Source: Chloroflexota bacterium
GTDB lineage: Bacteria > Chloroflexota > Anaerolineae > SSC4 > Amarolineaceae
Reading direction: 5' to 3'
Assembly: GCA_036822415.1 (NCBI GenBank)
Contig: DAISHS010000001.1
Span: 1 to 58,963, forward strand
Length of the DNA stretch: 58,963 nt
Part shown: positions 57,993-58,963 of the stretch, piece by piece
Position numbering within the stretch: the first letter of the stretch is position 1
Layout of the letters: each line of letters opens with the position of its first letter
Notes under the pieces: model-generated
Databases searched by the model: none
What the model was told of the DNA's origin: nothing
What the model saw: the letters and a program-made list of their open reading frames with translations, nothing else
Made by a program: the position numbers and the translations under genes

Positions 57993-58442
57993 ATGAGCGC
58001 GACATTCACGACAGTGGTCGAGCAGGCGGAGGACTCGAACGCCACCGGCCTGCGCGTGCCGGCCGCGGTCGTCGCCGCGTTGGGCGTGGGCAAGCGGCCT
58101 ACGGTGACGGTGAGCCTGAACGGCTACACCTATCGCAGCACCGTCGCCGCCTACGGCGAGCTCTTCATGCTGCCGTTGGCCGCGGAGCACCGAACCGCCG
58201 CCGGCGTGAAGGCCGGCGATCAGGTGACGGTGACGATCGAGCTGGACCTGGCGCCGCGGACGGTCGAGGTTCCGACTGACCTGGCCACGGCGCTCGCCGG
58301 CCAGCCGGGCGCAACTGCGGCGTTCGACGCGCTGTCATACACGCGGCGCAAGGAGTACGTGCGGCAGGTTGAGGAAGCAAAGGCGCCGGCGACTCGCGCG
58401 CGCCGGATCGCCGCGCTCCTCGGCGAGCTGCGCCCTGCCTGA
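57993..58442 (+). CDS. DUF1905 + YdeI/OmdA-associated protein
   Basis: YTYRSTV, RTVEVPTDL, FDALSYTRRKEY, AKAPATRARR. Confidence 0.88.
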   Translation: MSATFTTVVEQAEDSNATGLRVPAAVVAALGVGKRPTVTVSLNGYTYRSTVAAYGELFMLPLAAEHRTAAGVKAGDQVTVTIELDLAPRTVEVPTDLATALAGQPGATAAFDALSYTRRKEYVRQVEEAKAPATRARRIAALLGELRPA

Positions 58443-58592
58443 CCTTCCAGCGCCCCGCAACCTTCTTGCCGCGCTTCTTCTTATGGATGATGAGCCAGAC
58501 GCCCTGGCTCCCCAGTGATACGGGTTGACTCAGTCATCAACCCACTCCTGTGCCATATGGCGGAGCCATTTCAACGCGCCTCCGCCCGGCGT

Positions 58593-58748
58593 TTACGGGG
58601 CATCCGCCAGTCCCGCGCCGGCCTGGATGAGCTCGGCAAAGCGCTGGATGAACCGGGCGGCCGGGCCGCCGTCAACGATGTCATGATCTTCATGTCAGTT
58701 TTCTGCCTGCTTGCGGATGGGGCAGTTCTCACAGGACTGTTGGGGCAT
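58593..58748 (-). pseudogene. Chimeric remnant: start of a small CxxC protein joined to the C-terminus of a 2-oxoacid dehydrogenase E2-type acyltransferase
   Basis: GGAGG, then MPQQSCENCPIRKQAEN*, then in the same frame HEDHDIVDGGPAARFIQRFAELIQ...AP*. Confidence 0.6.
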
Positions 58749-58760
58749 GGAAACCTCCGT

Positions 58761-58963
58761 TCATTTGTCCAATGTTGCGCACCACGCCGCGGCCCAGTCG
58801 GGGGCGACACGGATCAGCCGCTGCTTGCCCAGGTTTTGGCGCATGATCCAGCGCACGTCGCGATCGGGACTGGCGCACCAGCGTTCCATCAGCGACATTC
58901 CGGTTTCGGGTTGTGCGGCTACGGCCACGCTCCAGCAGTAAGCCAGCCCCTTGCGCAGCGCCT
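58761..58963 (-). CDS. 3' end of a hypothetical helical (HEAT-like) protein, cut by the window edge
   Basis: ALRKGLAYCWSVAVAA..DRDVRWIMRQNLGKQRL...LDK*. Confidence 0.7.
   Translation of the reverse strand, partial: ALRKGLAYCWSVAVAAQPETGMSLMERWCASPDRDVRWIMRQNLGKQRLIRVAPDWAAAWCATLDK

Noticed and set aside
58695..58697. Selenocysteine readthrough at the in-frame TGA
   Set aside because: The two sides resemble unrelated families, the TGA is not at a Cys-equivalent position, and no SECIS was recognised

Overview
About 59 kb of high-GC bacterial chromosome, most consistent with Chloroflexota (Anaerolineae/Caldilineae-like); this is inferred from gene content, a PTA-type C-terminal anchor and GAAC-N4-GTTC boxes. 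Recognisable genes include four two-component systems, tdh-kbl, a LysM protein, an eRF1-like release-factor homolog, a ClpC-type ATPase, psuG, hppA, RseP, a nucleotide-sugar operon led by a NusG/RfaH paralog, glgA, a ring-cleavage dioxygenase operon, KdpDE with a KimA-type K+ transporter, and a HEPN-MNT pair. The most notable signals are: (1) a two-gene operon (anchorless FtsK-type ATPase plus a small membrane protein) behind a near-consensus promoter covered by two LexA-type boxes; (2) a MoaD/ThiS ubiquitin-like domain fused in frame through its Gly-Gly to a DNA-3-methyladenine glycosylase; (3) a solitary integron-type cassette (S1 protease plus lipoprotein) apparently inserted at a GTTAAGC site in a lower-GC island; (4) a structured, repeat-rich leader before the NusG paralog; (5) a candidate ~65-nt sRNA with its own promoter and terminator; (6) two copies of a 100-bp MITE with 9-bp target duplications and two copies of an 80-bp GTAG-REP element. 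I recognised no rRNA, tRNA, CRISPR array or transposase. All product calls come from motif recognition by eye; no searches were run.
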